Source: Planktotalea sp.
Lineage (GTDB): Bacteria; Pseudomonadota; Alphaproteobacteria; Rhodobacterales; Rhodobacteraceae
Reading direction: 5' to 3'
DNA: 50,114 nucleotides
NCBI RefSeq assembly: GCF_039984035.1
Contig: NZ_JBDWVM010000474.1
Span: 1 to 50,114, forward strand
The first letter of the stretch is position 1. Each line of letters opens with the position of its first letter. Made by a program: the position numbers and the translations under genes. Positions 35,929 through 47,382 of this stretch are shown in pieces. Under the pieces are notes generated by a model. The model saw nothing but the letters and a program-made list of their open reading frames with translations, was not told the origin of the DNA and did no database searches.

Positions 35929-36960
35929 TCACTTTGGCATCAAAGCCCAGTAGTCGAGGTCTAGCAATACGCCCGGCAGATACTTGCCATCATCGCCCTT
36001 CAATTCAAAGGCTGCTCCAGCTTTATATGCTACCAAGCGCAGTCGGATAGCGCCTACGCCTGGCGCGTTTGTATCCGCTTTGTCCAACACTTCGGACCAA
36101 GCACGCACAGTATCGCCGCTAAAGCACGGATTTGCATGTGCGCCGCCATTGAGCCCAGCGATCATTTGCGCATTGGCCAAACCGTTGAAGGACAGCGCAC
36201 GCGCCATTGATATCACATGACCACCGTAGATAAGGCGTTTGCCATCTTCGCGGTTGGTCGCGTCGAAATGAACCTTGGCCGTATTTTGCCACAAGCGCGT
36301 TGCCATCATGTGTTCGGCTTCTTCAATCGTCACACCATCAACGTGATCAATCGTTTCGCCCACATCATAATCGCCCCAACGATGTGGCTCTCCTGCGAGG
36401 GTCGTATCGTAGTCCGTAAAATCAAGACCAGCAGGAATACTGAGATCAGCGGCATCGAGGGTCTTCTTTAGTGTTGGCACAACAGTGTCTGGCGCTGGCG
36501 CGTCGACATCGCGTTTGCGCACCATGACCCAACGTACAAATTCCATCACCGTTTCATTGCGTTGGTTCAAACCAGAGGTGCGCACATAAACGACACCAGT
36601 TTTACCGCTCGAGTTTTGTTTGAGACCGATCACCTCAGAAACAGAGCGCAACGTATCACCCTCGTTTACAGGGAGCAGCCAGCACCCTTCTGCGTAACCA
36701 AGGTTGGCCACCGCATTCAGGGAAATATCAGGAACCGACTTTCCGAACACAACGTGAAATGCAGCCAGATCATCGATGGGAGACGCCTGCAAGCCACTCT
36801 TGCGCGCAAATTCGTCCGAAGAGTACAGCGCATGTCGTGCAGGATAAAGCGCATGATAAAGCGCGCGCTCGCCCCCTGAGACGGTTCGCGGTACGGCGTG
36901 CGCGATCACATCGCCAATACGATAGTCTTCAAAAAAGCGGCCTGCATTTGTCTTTAACAT
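35929..36960 (-). CDS. mch: Mesaconyl-CoA hydratase (double MaoC domain)
   Basis: KTNAGRFFED, HAVPRTV, FGKSVPD.S.NAVANLGY, WQNTAKVHFD, LIYGGHVIS; ethylmalonyl-CoA pathway context. Confidence 0.92.
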   Translation of the reverse strand: MLKTNAGRFFEDYRIGDVIAHAVPRTVSGGERALYHALYPARHALYSSDEFARKSGLQASPIDDLAAFHVVFGKSVPDISLNAVANLGYAEGCWLLPVNEGDTLRSVSEVIGLKQNSSGKTGVVYVRTSGLNQRNETVMEFVRWVMVRKRDVDAPAPDTVVPTLKKTLDAADLSIPAGLDFTDYDTTLAGEPHRWGDYDVGETIDHVDGVTIEEAEHMMATRLWQNTAKVHFDATNREDGKRLIYGGHVISMARALSFNGLANAQMIAGLNGGAHANPCFSGDTVRAWSEVLDKADTNAPGVGAIRLRLVAYKAGAAFELKGDDGKYLPGVLLDLDYWALMPK

Positions 36961-37167
36961 CTATTGCTGTCCCAGTTTCATTTCGGGGGTGTAGTCGGCA
37001 TCCACCTCTTTGGTCACCGATTGCCCGCACCGCATAATGCCCTTAACGGGGTCAAACGTTTGCGTGGGCGAACCATAAAGCTCCCAACCCTTGGACAAGG
37101 CCTCGGACACTTTGTGACAGAATGCGGATGTATCATCTTCGCTTAAAAAGCGGTAAATCTTAGTCAT
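36961..37167 (-). CDS. DUF1737 family small protein
   Basis: YRFLSEDDTSAFCHKVSEALSKGWELYGSP...CGQ.V.K. Confidence 0.85.
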   Translation of the reverse strand: MTKIYRFLSEDDTSAFCHKVSEALSKGWELYGSPTQTFDPVKGIMRCGQSVTKEVDADYTPEMKLGQQ

Positions 37168-37170
37168 GGC

Positions 37171-37722
37171 TTAGCCTCCAAAGGGCGAAACGCCCAGTGC
37201 TGTGTGGATCGCAACTGTGATCGCGAAAGTCACGAGCGTGATCACGACGAGCAGGATGTCTTTCTTTGCATCGCCCGGCTCTGGTCGCTCCCAAGGCCCA
37301 GCGCGGTTGATCAAGATGACAGCCCCAATCGCCCATGCCAGCATGCCACCGAACAAGATGATCGAAGCGAGATCACCGTTCACTAGCAGGTGAGCACAGG
37401 CCCAAGTTTTGACAGCCATCAATTGAGGGTGACGCAATTTACCGCGCAAACGCCCCGTTGTGGCGCTCATCCCGAATAGAAAAAACGCACCCAGCATCAT
37501 CAGATTGTTGATGTGCGTAAAAAACGAAGGTGGTGACCAAACAGGAATAAACGCAGCCCAGCGATATCCAAAGATCATCATCAAGAGGCTGATGACGACC
37601 GCGATCGTGACAAACACACTTCCCTTGCCCCTATCCTCTAACGTCTTGCGATGCACTGGCAGCACGCGCCCAAAACTATGGGCAGCGGTCCAGAGAAGAA
37701 GGCCGAGAATGAGAAGGGTCAT
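37171..37722 (-). CDS. NnrU family membrane protein
   Basis: LILGL.LW..AH, LRHPQL..VK.WA.AHLLVNGD.AS..LFG. Confidence 0.88.
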   Translation of the reverse strand: MTLLILGLLLWTAAHSFGRVLPVHRKTLEDRGKGSVFVTIAVVISLLMMIFGYRWAAFIPVWSPPSFFTHINNLMMLGAFFLFGMSATTGRLRGKLRHPQLMAVKTWACAHLLVNGDLASIILFGGMLAWAIGAVILINRAGPWERPEPGDAKKDILLVVITLVTFAITVAIHTALGVSPFGG

Positions 37723-37728
37723 GGGGGA

Positions 37729-38586
37729 TTACTCCGTAGCGATGGCTTCGATTGCCTTTGCTTTTGCCAGAGTTTCCCGTGCTGTCGCAACGTGTAGATT
37801 TTCTACGATCTTCCCATCGACCACTGCAACGCCCTGCCCGCTTGCCTCAACTTCGTCAAACGCTGCGATCTGGCGCTGTGCCAATTCGACTTCTGCCGCG
37901 CTCGGTGCAAAGGCCGTATTGGTCACCTCTACCTGCGCCGGATGGATCAATGTCTTGCCATCAAAACCCATGTCGCGACCCTGATCGCATTCAACTTTCA
38001 AACCTGCGTCATCTTTAAACGCGTTGTAGACACCATCGACAATGATCAAACCTTCGGCCTTCGCTGCGAGCAAGCAAAGCTGAAGCGACGTCAGCATCGG
38101 CAAACGATCCGCGCGATCACGGCTTTGCAGTTCTTTCGCCAAATCATTTGTTCCCATGACCATACCAGCCAATTTTGGATGAGCGGCGATTTCAGCAGCA
38201 TTCAACATGCCACGTGGCGATTCCATCATAGCCCAAATCGGTAAATCACCTGTTATTTCAGCAAGGGCGTCAAGATCCGCCGAACGCGCGACTTTGGGCA
38301 ACAGGATTGCATCGGCATCCATTTCAGTGACCGCCTTTGCATCAGAGGTCCCCCATTGGGTGTCCAAGCCATTGATGCGTACAATCTTAAACCGCGCCCC
38401 ATAACCACCTGTTGCCAGCGCCTCTTTCAACGTATCACGCGCTGCTTCTTTTTCATCGACGGACACTGCGTCTTCCAGATCAAAGATGATCGCATCGACA
38501 GGCAAGTTACGGGCTTTATCCAGCGCGCGCGGCTTGGAACCAGGGATGTAAAGAACCGAGCGAAACGGGCGTTGGCGCATGTCCAT
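37729..38586 (-). CDS. mcl2: (3S)-malyl-CoA thioesterase / CitE-family CoA ester lyase
   Basis: 285 aa; PFRSVLYIPGSK, IFDLEDAV, MVMGTNDLAKEL, GRDMGFDGKTLIHPAQ, VENLHV. Resembles R. sphaeroides Mcl2 as I recall it, and lies near mch. Confidence 0.8.
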   Translation of the reverse strand: MDMRQRPFRSVLYIPGSKPRALDKARNLPVDAIIFDLEDAVSVDEKEAARDTLKEALATGGYGARFKIVRINGLDTQWGTSDAKAVTEMDADAILLPKVARSADLDALAEITGDLPIWAMMESPRGMLNAAEIAAHPKLAGMVMGTNDLAKELQSRDRADRLPMLTSLQLCLLAAKAEGLIIVDGVYNAFKDDAGLKVECDQGRDMGFDGKTLIHPAQVEVTNTAFAPSAAEVELAQRQIAAFDEVEASGQGVAVVDGKIVENLHVATARETLAKAKAIEAIATE

Positions 38587-38653
38587 GGAAATTCTCCTCG
38601 CAATAAAGTTGCGCACAACTAGCAAATTATTTCCATTTTATTCAAGAGCATTT

Positions 38654-38668
38654 TGCCGCATCGCAGCA
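38654..38668. promoter_or_regulatory. PhaR-like site upstream of mcl2
   Basis: TGCCGCA-T-CGCAGCA flanked by TTT/AAA. Confidence 0.5.
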
Positions 38669-38876
38669 AAAACATCTAAACTTCGACGCAACGTTCGTTG
38701 CTTTAACCATATCTATAGAGCTGATCCCGCATGTTTTGTCTCATCGCTGCGACTGGAACGCGAAGAAATCCTTGGTTGGAAACTTTGTTCCGACATCACG
38801 GCGAACGAATGAGCATTGAGCCCGTTTGGCAATACCGAGCCGACAAAGGGCCCAAGGAACTGTGAAGGAGACTGCA

Positions 38877-39194
38877 ATGAATAGGCGAACTATGATCGGC
38901 GCTTTGGGCTTTGGAATTCTTGCGCTCGCGGCAACAACTGGCTTTGCGCAAAGCGCACGCAACTGCGCGCCTCGCGACGTTATCGTCGAACGATTGGCTG
39001 AAAAGTACGGTGAAGCACGCCAATCCGTTGGCCTTGGCGCCAATAATTCGATGGTGGAAGTGTTTGCGGCCAATGAAACCGGCACTTGGACAATCACTGT
39101 GACCATGGCGAATGGGCTGACCTGCCTTGTCGCCTCTGGTCAAAACTACGAAACTCTGGCCGAAGCATTACCAGCAAAAGGGTCGGACGCTTAG
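38877..39194 (+). CDS. Small secreted hypothetical protein (two Cys)
   Basis: AAGGAG ribosome binding site; signal peptide; CAPRD..VERL..KYGE....GL...VEVFA..ETG.WTI..T...G..CLVASG. Confidence 0.85.
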   Translation: MNRRTMIGALGFGILALAATTGFAQSARNCAPRDVIVERLAEKYGEARQSVGLGANNSMVEVFAANETGTWTITVTMANGLTCLVASGQNYETLAEALPAKGSDA

Positions 39195-39578
39195 GCTTAA
39201 TGAGATCAGATCACACAGTGTTAGCATTTGAGATCAGAGCAAAGCTAGCGCAAAACAGGCCTCTTCCTATTGAAACCACCTCGCTCGCGGTAAGCGTACT
39301 GATCAATTCCCCCCTAACCAGACGCCAAGATCGATCCGCAGCTAAGACCCGTCGTTTAAGCCTTAGCGCAGTGGTTGTGGTCAACAATTCTTCTGATGGC
39401 CGATCCCAAATAACGAAATAGGCTGTATGTAGCTTAAATTCGCTCTTCGAAGGATCAGAAATGTTGGTTAACGCGATCGCAGGGTGAACACGAACTCTAG
39501 GCGGGAATCGCAACGAATTCAAAACCTACGCGGGTGCTTTGGTCCTGTTTACCCCCCCTGTTCAAGCCCTTCACAGGG

Positions 39579-39588
39579 CGTGATCACA
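39579..39588. promoter_or_regulatory. GTGATCACA palindrome upstream of mdh
   Basis: CGTGATCACA; a half-like site CTCATCACAAATGTCG at about 39675 shares ATCACAAATGTCG with the sucC site. Confidence 0.55.
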
Positions 39589-39691
39589 AAAAAGGTACGA
39601 ACAAAAAGCGTCAAAGTGTTTTGGATATTTTCCTAGAACTTTTACACCTTTAGCGCGCGATTGCACAAAAATCTCTCATCACAAATGTCGT

Positions 39692-39706
39692 TGCCGCGTT
39701 GCAGCA
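39692..39706. promoter_or_regulatory. PhaR-like site upstream of mdh
   Basis: TGCCGCG-T-TGCAGCA. Confidence 0.45.
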
Positions 39707-39752
39707 CACTTGCGCCAAAGCGCAAAGCGCACTAGCCATGCGGCGAATTTAA

Positions 39753-40733
<981 letters not shown>

Positions 40734-40753
40734 TCACGCACAAATAGCTTCGG

Positions 40754-40785
40754 AAAGCCCCAGAGTCCCACTCTGGGGCTTTTTC
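40754..40785 (+). terminator. Rho-independent terminator after mdh
   Basis: AAAGCCCCAGAGT-CCC-ACTCTGGGGCTTT followed by TTC. Confidence 0.85.
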
Positions 40786-40833
40786 GTTTCTAATGAGTCG
40801 TTTTTTCCATTCTTTGCGAAACGATTCATATTT

Positions 40834-40864
40834 TGTGATCACACTGAAAATCCATGTGATCACA
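40834..40864. promoter_or_regulatory. Tandem TGTGATCACA palindromes upstream of sucC
   Basis: TGTGATCACA at 40834 and 40855, 21 bp apart. Confidence 0.8.
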
Positions 40865-40964
40865 AATGTCGGAATTATTCTAATTACACAAATTTTTCAT
40901 TTAAGCCGACGTTAATTCTAGCGTTATAGTCCCAGTTAATCGAAGCAAGACGGGACCGTTTCTA

Positions 40965-42161
40965 ATGAACATCCACGAATACCAAGCCAAGGCTCTGCTC
41001 AAGAGCTATGGCGCACCTGTTTCAGACGGCCGCGCCGTGCTGAAAGCAGAAGATGCTAAAACAGCTGCTGGCGAATTGGACGGCCCACTTTGGGTTGTCA
41101 AAGCGCAGATCCATGCAGGTGGTCGCGGCAAAGGCACATTCGTCGAGGCAGACGCAGGCGAAAAGGGTGGCGTGCGCCTCGCTTTCTCCGCAGCTGAAGC
41201 GGCTGAAGAAGCCAAGAAAATGCTCGGCCGTACATTGGTCACGCACCAGACTGGCCCAGCGGGCAAGCAAGTCAACCGCATCTACATCGAAGATGGCTCT
41301 GACATCGAGGCGGAACTCTATCTCGCGCTTCTCGTGGATCGTCAAACGTCCCGCATCTCCTTTGTCTGCTCCACTGAGGGCGGCATGGACATCGAAGAGG
41401 TTGCTGCAGCGACTCCTGAGAAAATCGTCAGCTTCTCTGTTGATCCAGCGACAGGTTACCAACCTTACCATGGTCGTCGCGTTGCATTCTCCCTCGGCCT
41501 TAAAGGCGCGCAGGTTAAGCAGTGCGTTGCATTGATGGGCAAGCTTTACCAAGCCTTCGTTGAAAAAGACATGGAACAGCTAGAGATCAACCCGTTGATC
41601 GTTCTGGAAGGGTCTGGCGATCTTAAAGTTCTCGACGCGAAAGTCGGCTTTGATGGCAACGCACTTTACCGTCACGCGGACATCATGGAACTTCGTGATG
41701 AGACCGAAGAAGACAGCAAAGAGCTTGAAGCGTCCAAGTACGACCTCAACTACATCGCGCTCGACGGTGAAATCGGCTGCATGGTAAACGGTGCTGGCCT
41801 CGCGATGGCGACAATGGACATCATCAAACTCTACGGTGCTGAGCCTGCGAACTTCCTCGATGTTGGCGGCGGCGCGACCAAAGAGAAAGTGACAGAAGCT
41901 TTCAAAATCATCACCTCTGATCCACAGGTCAAAGGCATCCTCGTGAACATCTTCGGCGGCATCATGCGCTGCGATGTCATCGCGGAAGGCGTTGTCGCTG
42001 CGGTGAAGGAAGTTGGTCTGCAAGTTCCGCTCGTTGTGCGCCTTGAAGGCACGAATGTGGAAGAAGGCAAAGCAATCATCAACAACTCCGACGTTGATGT
42101 AATTGCGGCGGACGACCTCAAGGATGGGGCCCAGAAGATCGTTAAGGCGGTTAAGGGTTAA
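40965..42161 (+). CDS. sucC: Succinyl-CoA synthetase beta subunit
   Basis: [45 protein letters not shown]. Confidence 0.98.
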   Translation: MNIHEYQAKALLKSYGAPVSDGRAVLKAEDAKTAAGELDGPLWVVKAQIHAGGRGKGTFVEADAGEKGGVRLAFSAAEAAEEAKKMLGRTLVTHQTGPAGKQVNRIYIEDGSDIEAELYLALLVDRQTSRISFVCSTEGGMDIEEVAAATPEKIVSFSVDPATGYQPYHGRRVAFSLGLKGAQVKQCVALMGKLYQAFVEKDMEQLEINPLIVLEGSGDLKVLDAKVGFDGNALYRHADIMELRDETEEDSKELEASKYDLNYIALDGEIGCMVNGAGLAMATMDIIKLYGAEPANFLDVGGGATKEKVTEAFKIITSDPQVKGILVNIFGGIMRCDVIAEGVVAAVKEVGLQVPLVVRLEGTNVEEGKAIINNSDVDVIAADDLKDGAQKIVKAVKG

Positions 42162-42165
42162 CTAG

Positions 42166-42657
42166 ATGCGAGTTTCGTCCTTTATTCTTGCGAGTTTTTT
42201 GAGCTTGAGTTCCTTATCAGGAGCTCAAGCCCAAAATGCAGGAATTGGACCTGGTGATCGATCTTTGAGCTTCGAGTATACGATTAATCTGTTCGTAGCA
42301 GTTTGCGTGAAACCAAAATTGGTTCTCACAAAGTCTGTTGAAACTTTAATTGCAAACAAATTCAAAGCTCATCCACAGACGGGAACCTACTACAACAATG
42401 TTTCCGACGTTTCGTTCAAGTTGAACCAAGCGTCTGGTCAGAAAACTTGCTCAATGGCCTTTTCTTCTAAAGAAAAAGCTATCGAGTTAGCGACGGCCTT
42501 AGCTATCTCAAGCGCCAATGGCGGCAAAGTAAACATTGATCCCAAAACAAACCGTTCACAAACGAAGTCCAGCCGAAACTCTTATATGACCTTCACGCCG
42601 GTTAGACGGCACAACGGTCGAAACTATTACCGCGCTGTTATCAGCACGGCGAAATGA
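42166..42657 (+). CDS. Hypothetical exported protein inserted between sucC and sucD
   Basis: 163-aa ORF filling the gap; signal peptide ending AQA; F.A.C motif; visibly more AT-rich than its flanks. Confidence 0.7.
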   Translation: MRVSSFILASFLSLSSLSGAQAQNAGIGPGDRSLSFEYTINLFVAVCVKPKLVLTKSVETLIANKFKAHPQTGTYYNNVSDVSFKLNQASGQKTCSMAFSSKEKAIELATALAISSANGGKVNIDPKTNRSQTKSSRNSYMTFTPVRRHNGRNYYRAVISTAK

Positions 42658-42674
42658 TCAAAGGAGCCAACTAA

Positions 42675-43556
42675 ATGGCAGTCCTCGTAGACGAAAACAC
42701 AAAAGTAATTTGCCAAGGCCTCACAGGCTCGCAAGGCACATTCCACTCCGAGCAAGCGATTGCTTACGGCACGAAAATGGTTGGCGGCGTAACGCCGGGC
42801 AAGGGCGGCACAACGCATCTTGACCTGCCGGTCTTCAACTCCGTGCATGAAGCCAAGCACGTCACCGAAGCGAACGCTTCTGTGATCTATGTTCCTCCCC
42901 CCTTCGCAGCAGATTCAATTCTTGAAGCGATCGACGCTGAAATGGAATTGATCGTTTGCATCACCGAAGGCATTCCAGTTCTCGACATGGCGCGTGTTCA
43001 ACGCGCGCTTGAAGGCTCTTCTTCACGCCTTATCGGACCAAACTGCCCGGGCGTTATCACACCCGACGCTTGCAAAATCGGCATCATGCCGGGCCACATT
43101 CACAAGCGCGGCTCTTGCGGTGTTGTGTCCCGTTCCGGCACGCTGACGTATGAAGCGGTTAAGCAAACAACAGATCTCGGCCTTGGCCAATCTTCTGCTG
43201 TTGGCATCGGCGGCGACCCTATCAAAGGCACAGAGCACATCGACGTGCTGGAAATGTTCCTCGCGGATGATGAAACACAATCCATCATCATGATCGGTGA
43301 AATCGGCGGTTCTGCTGAAGAAGAAGCAGCGCAGTTCCTCGCAGATGAAAAGAAGAAGGGCCGTTGGAAACCAACAGCTGGTTTCATCGCTGGCCGCACG
43401 GCGCCTCCCGGACGCCGCATGGGCCACGCTGGCGCGATTGTTGCGGGCGGCAAAGGCGATGCAGAAAGCAAGATCGAAGCAATGCGCTCCGCTGGGATTG
43501 TTGTGGCCGATAGCCCAGCAACACTTGGTGAAGCTGTGATCGAAGCGATCGGTTAA
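42675..43556 (+). CDS. sucD: Succinyl-CoA synthetase alpha subunit
   Basis: [41 protein letters not shown] (phospho-His). Confidence 0.98.
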   Translation: MAVLVDENTKVICQGLTGSQGTFHSEQAIAYGTKMVGGVTPGKGGTTHLDLPVFNSVHEAKHVTEANASVIYVPPPFAADSILEAIDAEMELIVCITEGIPVLDMARVQRALEGSSSRLIGPNCPGVITPDACKIGIMPGHIHKRGSCGVVSRSGTLTYEAVKQTTDLGLGQSSAVGIGGDPIKGTEHIDVLEMFLADDETQSIIMIGEIGGSAEEEAAQFLADEKKKGRWKPTAGFIAGRTAPPGRRMGHAGAIVAGGKGDAESKIEAMRSAGIVVADSPATLGEAVIEAIG

Positions 43557-43562
43557 AACACT

Positions 43563-43595
43563 TTGGGTGCGGGATATTCATTGATCCGCACCCAA
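43563..43595 (+). terminator. Hairpin after sucD (terminator or mRNA stabiliser)
   Basis: TTGGGTGCGG...CCGCACCCAA, a 10-bp stem with no U-tract. Confidence 0.5.
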
Positions 43596-43714
43596 TATAA
43601 CCTCCGAGACTGGAAGCAACGCGTGAAACAATATCAAAGCATAACGCACCGAACCTTTGCTGGGCATCGCCCAATCGCAAAAGTTTGCTCTGCGTTTGGG
43701 CGATATGTGATCTA

Positions 43715-44404
43715 ATGCTCGTCTCACACACACATAAGTTTATTTTTCTCAAAACGAGAAAAACAGCAGGAACCTCGCTCGAAATGCTGTTTCAGCCCTT
43801 TTGCACACCTTCAGGGCATCTCGTGACTGAGCGCTGTGAAGGCTTGAACACATCCTTCGGAATTGTAGGCCACCGCTTATTGGATGCTGCGTCCAATGCG
43901 GCAGACGCCGTAAGAAAATTCCGCGCGCATCTACCCGCGGACAAAATCAAAGAAGTGCTTACCAAGGACCAGTGGAACAACTATTTTTGGTTTACCGCTG
44001 TGAGAAATCCGTTCTCTCGTTGTGTCTCTGGCTACTATTGCGAGAAGGCAGCGTATAAACTGGGTATCCCTGAGAATTTCGCCGCATTGAAACGTGATTT
44101 CGTCAGCTATTTGAAAAGCCCAAGCTTTCAAAATGATGAAAACGTAACGCACCGAGAAGGCGAGTTCATCATTCAGGACGCCATACGTTTTGAGACTATC
44201 CACGACGATATTTCTAGAATTGCTAAGAAGATTGGCGTTGAGAAAGACCTTGCGGAGTTGCCCGTCACCAAGAGACTTGCATCACGCGAAACCCGGCGAC
44301 CGACCGCAGACTACTACCTAGACGAAGCCCGCGAGCTCGTTTTGACCCAAATGAAATGGGTTTTTGAACACTACGACTATTCAACAAACCCAAGAGACGC
44401 TTGA
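43715..44404 (+). CDS. Sulfotransferase family 2 domain protein
   Basis: MLVSHTHKFIFLKTRKTAGTS (5'-PAPS-binding loop), F..VRNPF.R.VS.Y (3'-phosphate motif), IRFE.I..D. Confidence 0.82.
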   Translation: MLVSHTHKFIFLKTRKTAGTSLEMLFQPFCTPSGHLVTERCEGLNTSFGIVGHRLLDAASNAADAVRKFRAHLPADKIKEVLTKDQWNNYFWFTAVRNPFSRCVSGYYCEKAAYKLGIPENFAALKRDFVSYLKSPSFQNDENVTHREGEFIIQDAIRFETIHDDISRIAKKIGVEKDLAELPVTKRLASRETRRPTADYYLDEARELVLTQMKWVFEHYDYSTNPRDA

Positions 44405-44418
44405 GTTAAGGATCACAT

Positions 44419-47379
44419 ATGACTGACCAAAGCCCCAACGACGTGTTCCACGCCTCCTCTTTTATGCAAGGCCATAACGCCGAGTATTTAGAGCAGCTTT
44501 ATGCGCAATATGCGAGCGATCCAAATGCCGTCGATGCTGCATGGCAGGACTTCTTTTCCCAGCTTGGCGATGCCGATCTGGATGTGAAGGCCGAAGCCGC
44601 AGGCCCCTCTTGGGCGCGCGCCGATTGGCCGCCTGTTCCCTCTGACGATCTGACCGCCGCGTTAGACGGACAATGGCCTGCACAGCCCGAAACGAAGGCA
44701 GCGGGCGACAAAATCAAAGCTAAAGCAGCCGCTAAGGGTGTTGAGGTCAGTGACGACGCTATCAAGCGCGCTGTTTTGGACTCCATCCGCGCGCTGATGA
44801 TCATCCGAGCTTACCGTATTCGTGGTCACCTTGCGGCGGACCTTGATCCGCTCGGTATGCGCGAAGAGTCCAAGCACCCTGAGCTTGACCCAAAATCCTA
44901 CGGCTTCACCGATGCTGACATGGATCGCCCGATCTTTATCGATAACGTTCTGGGCCTGCAAATCGCATCCATGCGCCAGATCATTGAGATCGTAAAGCGC
45001 ACCTATTGCGGCACTTTCGCGCTGCAATACATGCACATTTCCAACCCCGAAGAAGCGAGCTGGCTGAAAGAGCGCATCGAGGGTCTGGGCAAAGAAATCC
45101 AGTTCTCCCGCGAAGGTCGCAAAGCCATTTTGAACAAAATGGTTGAGGCGGAAGGTTTTGAGAAGTTCCTTCATGTGAAGTACATGGGCACAAAGCGTTT
45201 CGGCCTTGATGGCGGCGAAAGCTTGATCCCTGCGATGGAGCAAATCATCAAACGCGGCGGCGCGCTTGGCGTGCAGGATATCGTGATCGGTATGCCCCAC
45301 CGTGGCCGCCTGTCTGTTCTTGCCAATGTGATGAGCAAACCCTACCGCGCGATTTTCAACGAATTCCAAGGCGGTAGCTTTAAGCCAGAAGACGTCGATG
45401 GGTCTGGCGATGTGAAATATCACCTCGGTGCCAGCTCTGACCGTGCTTTTGATGGCAACAATGTTCACCTGTCTCTGACGGCAAACCCTTCCCACCTTGA
45501 AGCGGTCAACCCCGTCGTGATCGGTAAAGTTCGCGCCAAGCAGGATCAATTGAACGACGAAGACCGCACAAAGGTTATGCCGATCTTGCTGCACGGCGAT
45601 GCCGCGTTTGCGGGCCAAGGTGTTGTTGCAGAATGTTTCGCCCTGTCCGGTCTGCGCGGTCATAAAACTGGCGGTACAATGCATATCGTTGTGAACAACC
45701 AAATCGGGTTCACTACAGCGCCGCATTTCTCACGCTCGTCTCCTTACCCGACGGACAACGCACTGGTGGTGGAAGCGCCGATTTTCCACGTGAACGGCGA
45801 TGATCCAGAAGCGGTTGTGCACGCGGCTAAGGTCGCGACCGAGTTCCGCCAAAAGTTCCACAAAGATGTGGTGATCGATCTCATTTGCTACCGCCGCTTT
45901 GGTCACAACGAGGGCGATGAGCCCATGTTCACCAACCCGGTGATGTATAAAAAGATCAAAACTCACAAAACCACGCTCAGCCTATATACAGAGCGTCTTG
46001 TGAAAGACGGCCTCATCCCTGAGGGCGAGATTGAAGACATGAAAGCCGCGTTCCAAGCACATCTGAACGATGAGTTTGAAGCAGGCAAAGACTACAAACC
46101 GAACAAGGCCGATTGGCTGGACGGCAAGTGGTCCCATCTTGATCGCAAAGAGGACGAATACCAGCGCGGCGCGACGGCAATTGCCCCAGAAACGCTCGCA
46201 GAGGTTGGCACAGCGCTGACGCGCGTTCCTGATGGGTTCCCACTGCACAAAACAGTTGGCCGCTTGCTCGATGCAAAAAAGAAGATGTTCGAAACCGGTG
46301 AAGGTTTTGACTGGGCAACTGGTGAAGCTTTGGCCTTCGGTTCGCTTTTGACCGAAAACATGGCCGTTCGCCTCTCTGGACAGGACTCAACGCGCGGCAC
46401 ATTCTCGCAGCGTCATTCCGGTATCGTGAACCAAGACACCGAAGAGCGTTACTACCCGCTAAACAATATCCGTGAAGGGCAGGCCCGATATGAAGTCATC
46501 GACTCCATGCTGTCTGAATACGCGGTGCTCGGTTTTGAATACGGCTACTCCATGGCTGAACCAAACGCATTGACACTTTGGGAGGCACAGTTTGGCGATT
46601 TCGCCAACGGCGCGCAGATCATGTTCGACCAGTTCATCAGCTCTGGTGAAAGCAAATGGTTGCGCATGTCTGGTCTAGTCGTCCTTCTGCCACACGGCTT
46701 TGAAGGTCAGGGACCAGAGCACTCTTCAGCACGCCTCGAGCGCTTCTTGCAGATGTGTGGTCAAGACAACTGGATCGTTGCGAACTGTACAACGCCAGCA
46801 AACTACTTTCACATCCTGCGTCGTCAGTTGCACCGCAACTACCGTAAACCACTGATCTTGATGACGCCGAAATCTTTGCTGCGTCACAAATTGGCGGTCA
46901 GCAAAGCGGAAGAGTTCACGACAGGCTCCAGCTTCCACCGCGTTCTGTGGGATGATGCGCAACATGGTAATTCAGACACCAAGCTGGTCGCAGATGATAA
47001 GATCAAACGCGTCGTGATGTGTTCGGGTAAGGTTTACTACGACCTGCTTGAGGAACGCGATGCACGCGGTATCGATGACATTTACATCATGCGTTTTGAG
47101 CAGTTCTACCCATTCCCGGCCAACTCCGCGAAGACAGAGCTCGGTCGTTTCAAGAACGCCGAAATGGTCTGGTGCCAGGAAGAGCCAAAGAACCAAGGGG
47201 GTTGGACCTTCATGGAACCGAACCTCGAATGGGCTCTGGAACAAGTCAAAGCAAAACAAACACGCCCTGTCTATGCAGGCCGCTCCGCAAGCGCCTCGCC
47301 TGCGACAGGTCTCGCAAGCCAGCACAAAGCACAACAAACAGCGTTGATCGACGACGCGCTGACACTGAAAGGGAAATAA
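44419..47379 (+). CDS. sucA: 2-oxoglutarate dehydrogenase E1
   Basis: KRFGLDGGE, GMPHRGRL, GDVKYHLG, HGDAAFAGQG, WEAQFGDF, GQGPEHSS. Confidence 0.98.
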   Translation: MTDQSPNDVFHASSFMQGHNAEYLEQLYAQYASDPNAVDAAWQDFFSQLGDADLDVKAEAAGPSWARADWPPVPSDDLTAALDGQWPAQPETKAAGDKIKAKAAAKGVEVSDDAIKRAVLDSIRALMIIRAYRIRGHLAADLDPLGMREESKHPELDPKSYGFTDADMDRPIFIDNVLGLQIASMRQIIEIVKRTYCGTFALQYMHISNPEEASWLKERIEGLGKEIQFSREGRKAILNKMVEAEGFEKFLHVKYMGTKRFGLDGGESLIPAMEQIIKRGGALGVQDIVIGMPHRGRLSVLANVMSKPYRAIFNEFQGGSFKPEDVDGSGDVKYHLGASSDRAFDGNNVHLSLTANPSHLEAVNPVVIGKVRAKQDQLNDEDRTKVMPILLHGDAAFAGQGVVAECFALSGLRGHKTGGTMHIVVNNQIGFTTAPHFSRSSPYPTDNALVVEAPIFHVNGDDPEAVVHAAKVATEFRQKFHKDVVIDLICYRRFGHNEGDEPMFTNPVMYKKIKTHKTTLSLYTERLVKDGLIPEGEIEDMKAAFQAHLNDEFEAGKDYKPNKADWLDGKWSHLDRKEDEYQRGATAIAPETLAEVGTALTRVPDGFPLHKTVGRLLDAKKKMFETGEGFDWATGEALAFGSLLTENMAVRLSGQDSTRGTFSQRHSGIVNQDTEERYYPLNNIREGQARYEVIDSMLSEYAVLGFEYGYSMAEPNALTLWEAQFGDFANGAQIMFDQFISSGESKWLRMSGLVVLLPHGFEGQGPEHSSARLERFLQMCGQDNWIVANCTTPANYFHILRRQLHRNYRKPLILMTPKSLLRHKLAVSKAEEFTTGSSFHRVLWDDAQHGNSDTKLVADDKIKRVVMCSGKVYYDLLEERDARGIDDIYIMRFEQFYPFPANSAKTELGRFKNAEMVWCQEEPKNQGGWTFMEPNLEWALEQVKAKQTRPVYAGRSASASPATGLASQHKAQQTALIDDALTLKGK

Positions 47380-47382
47380 CCC

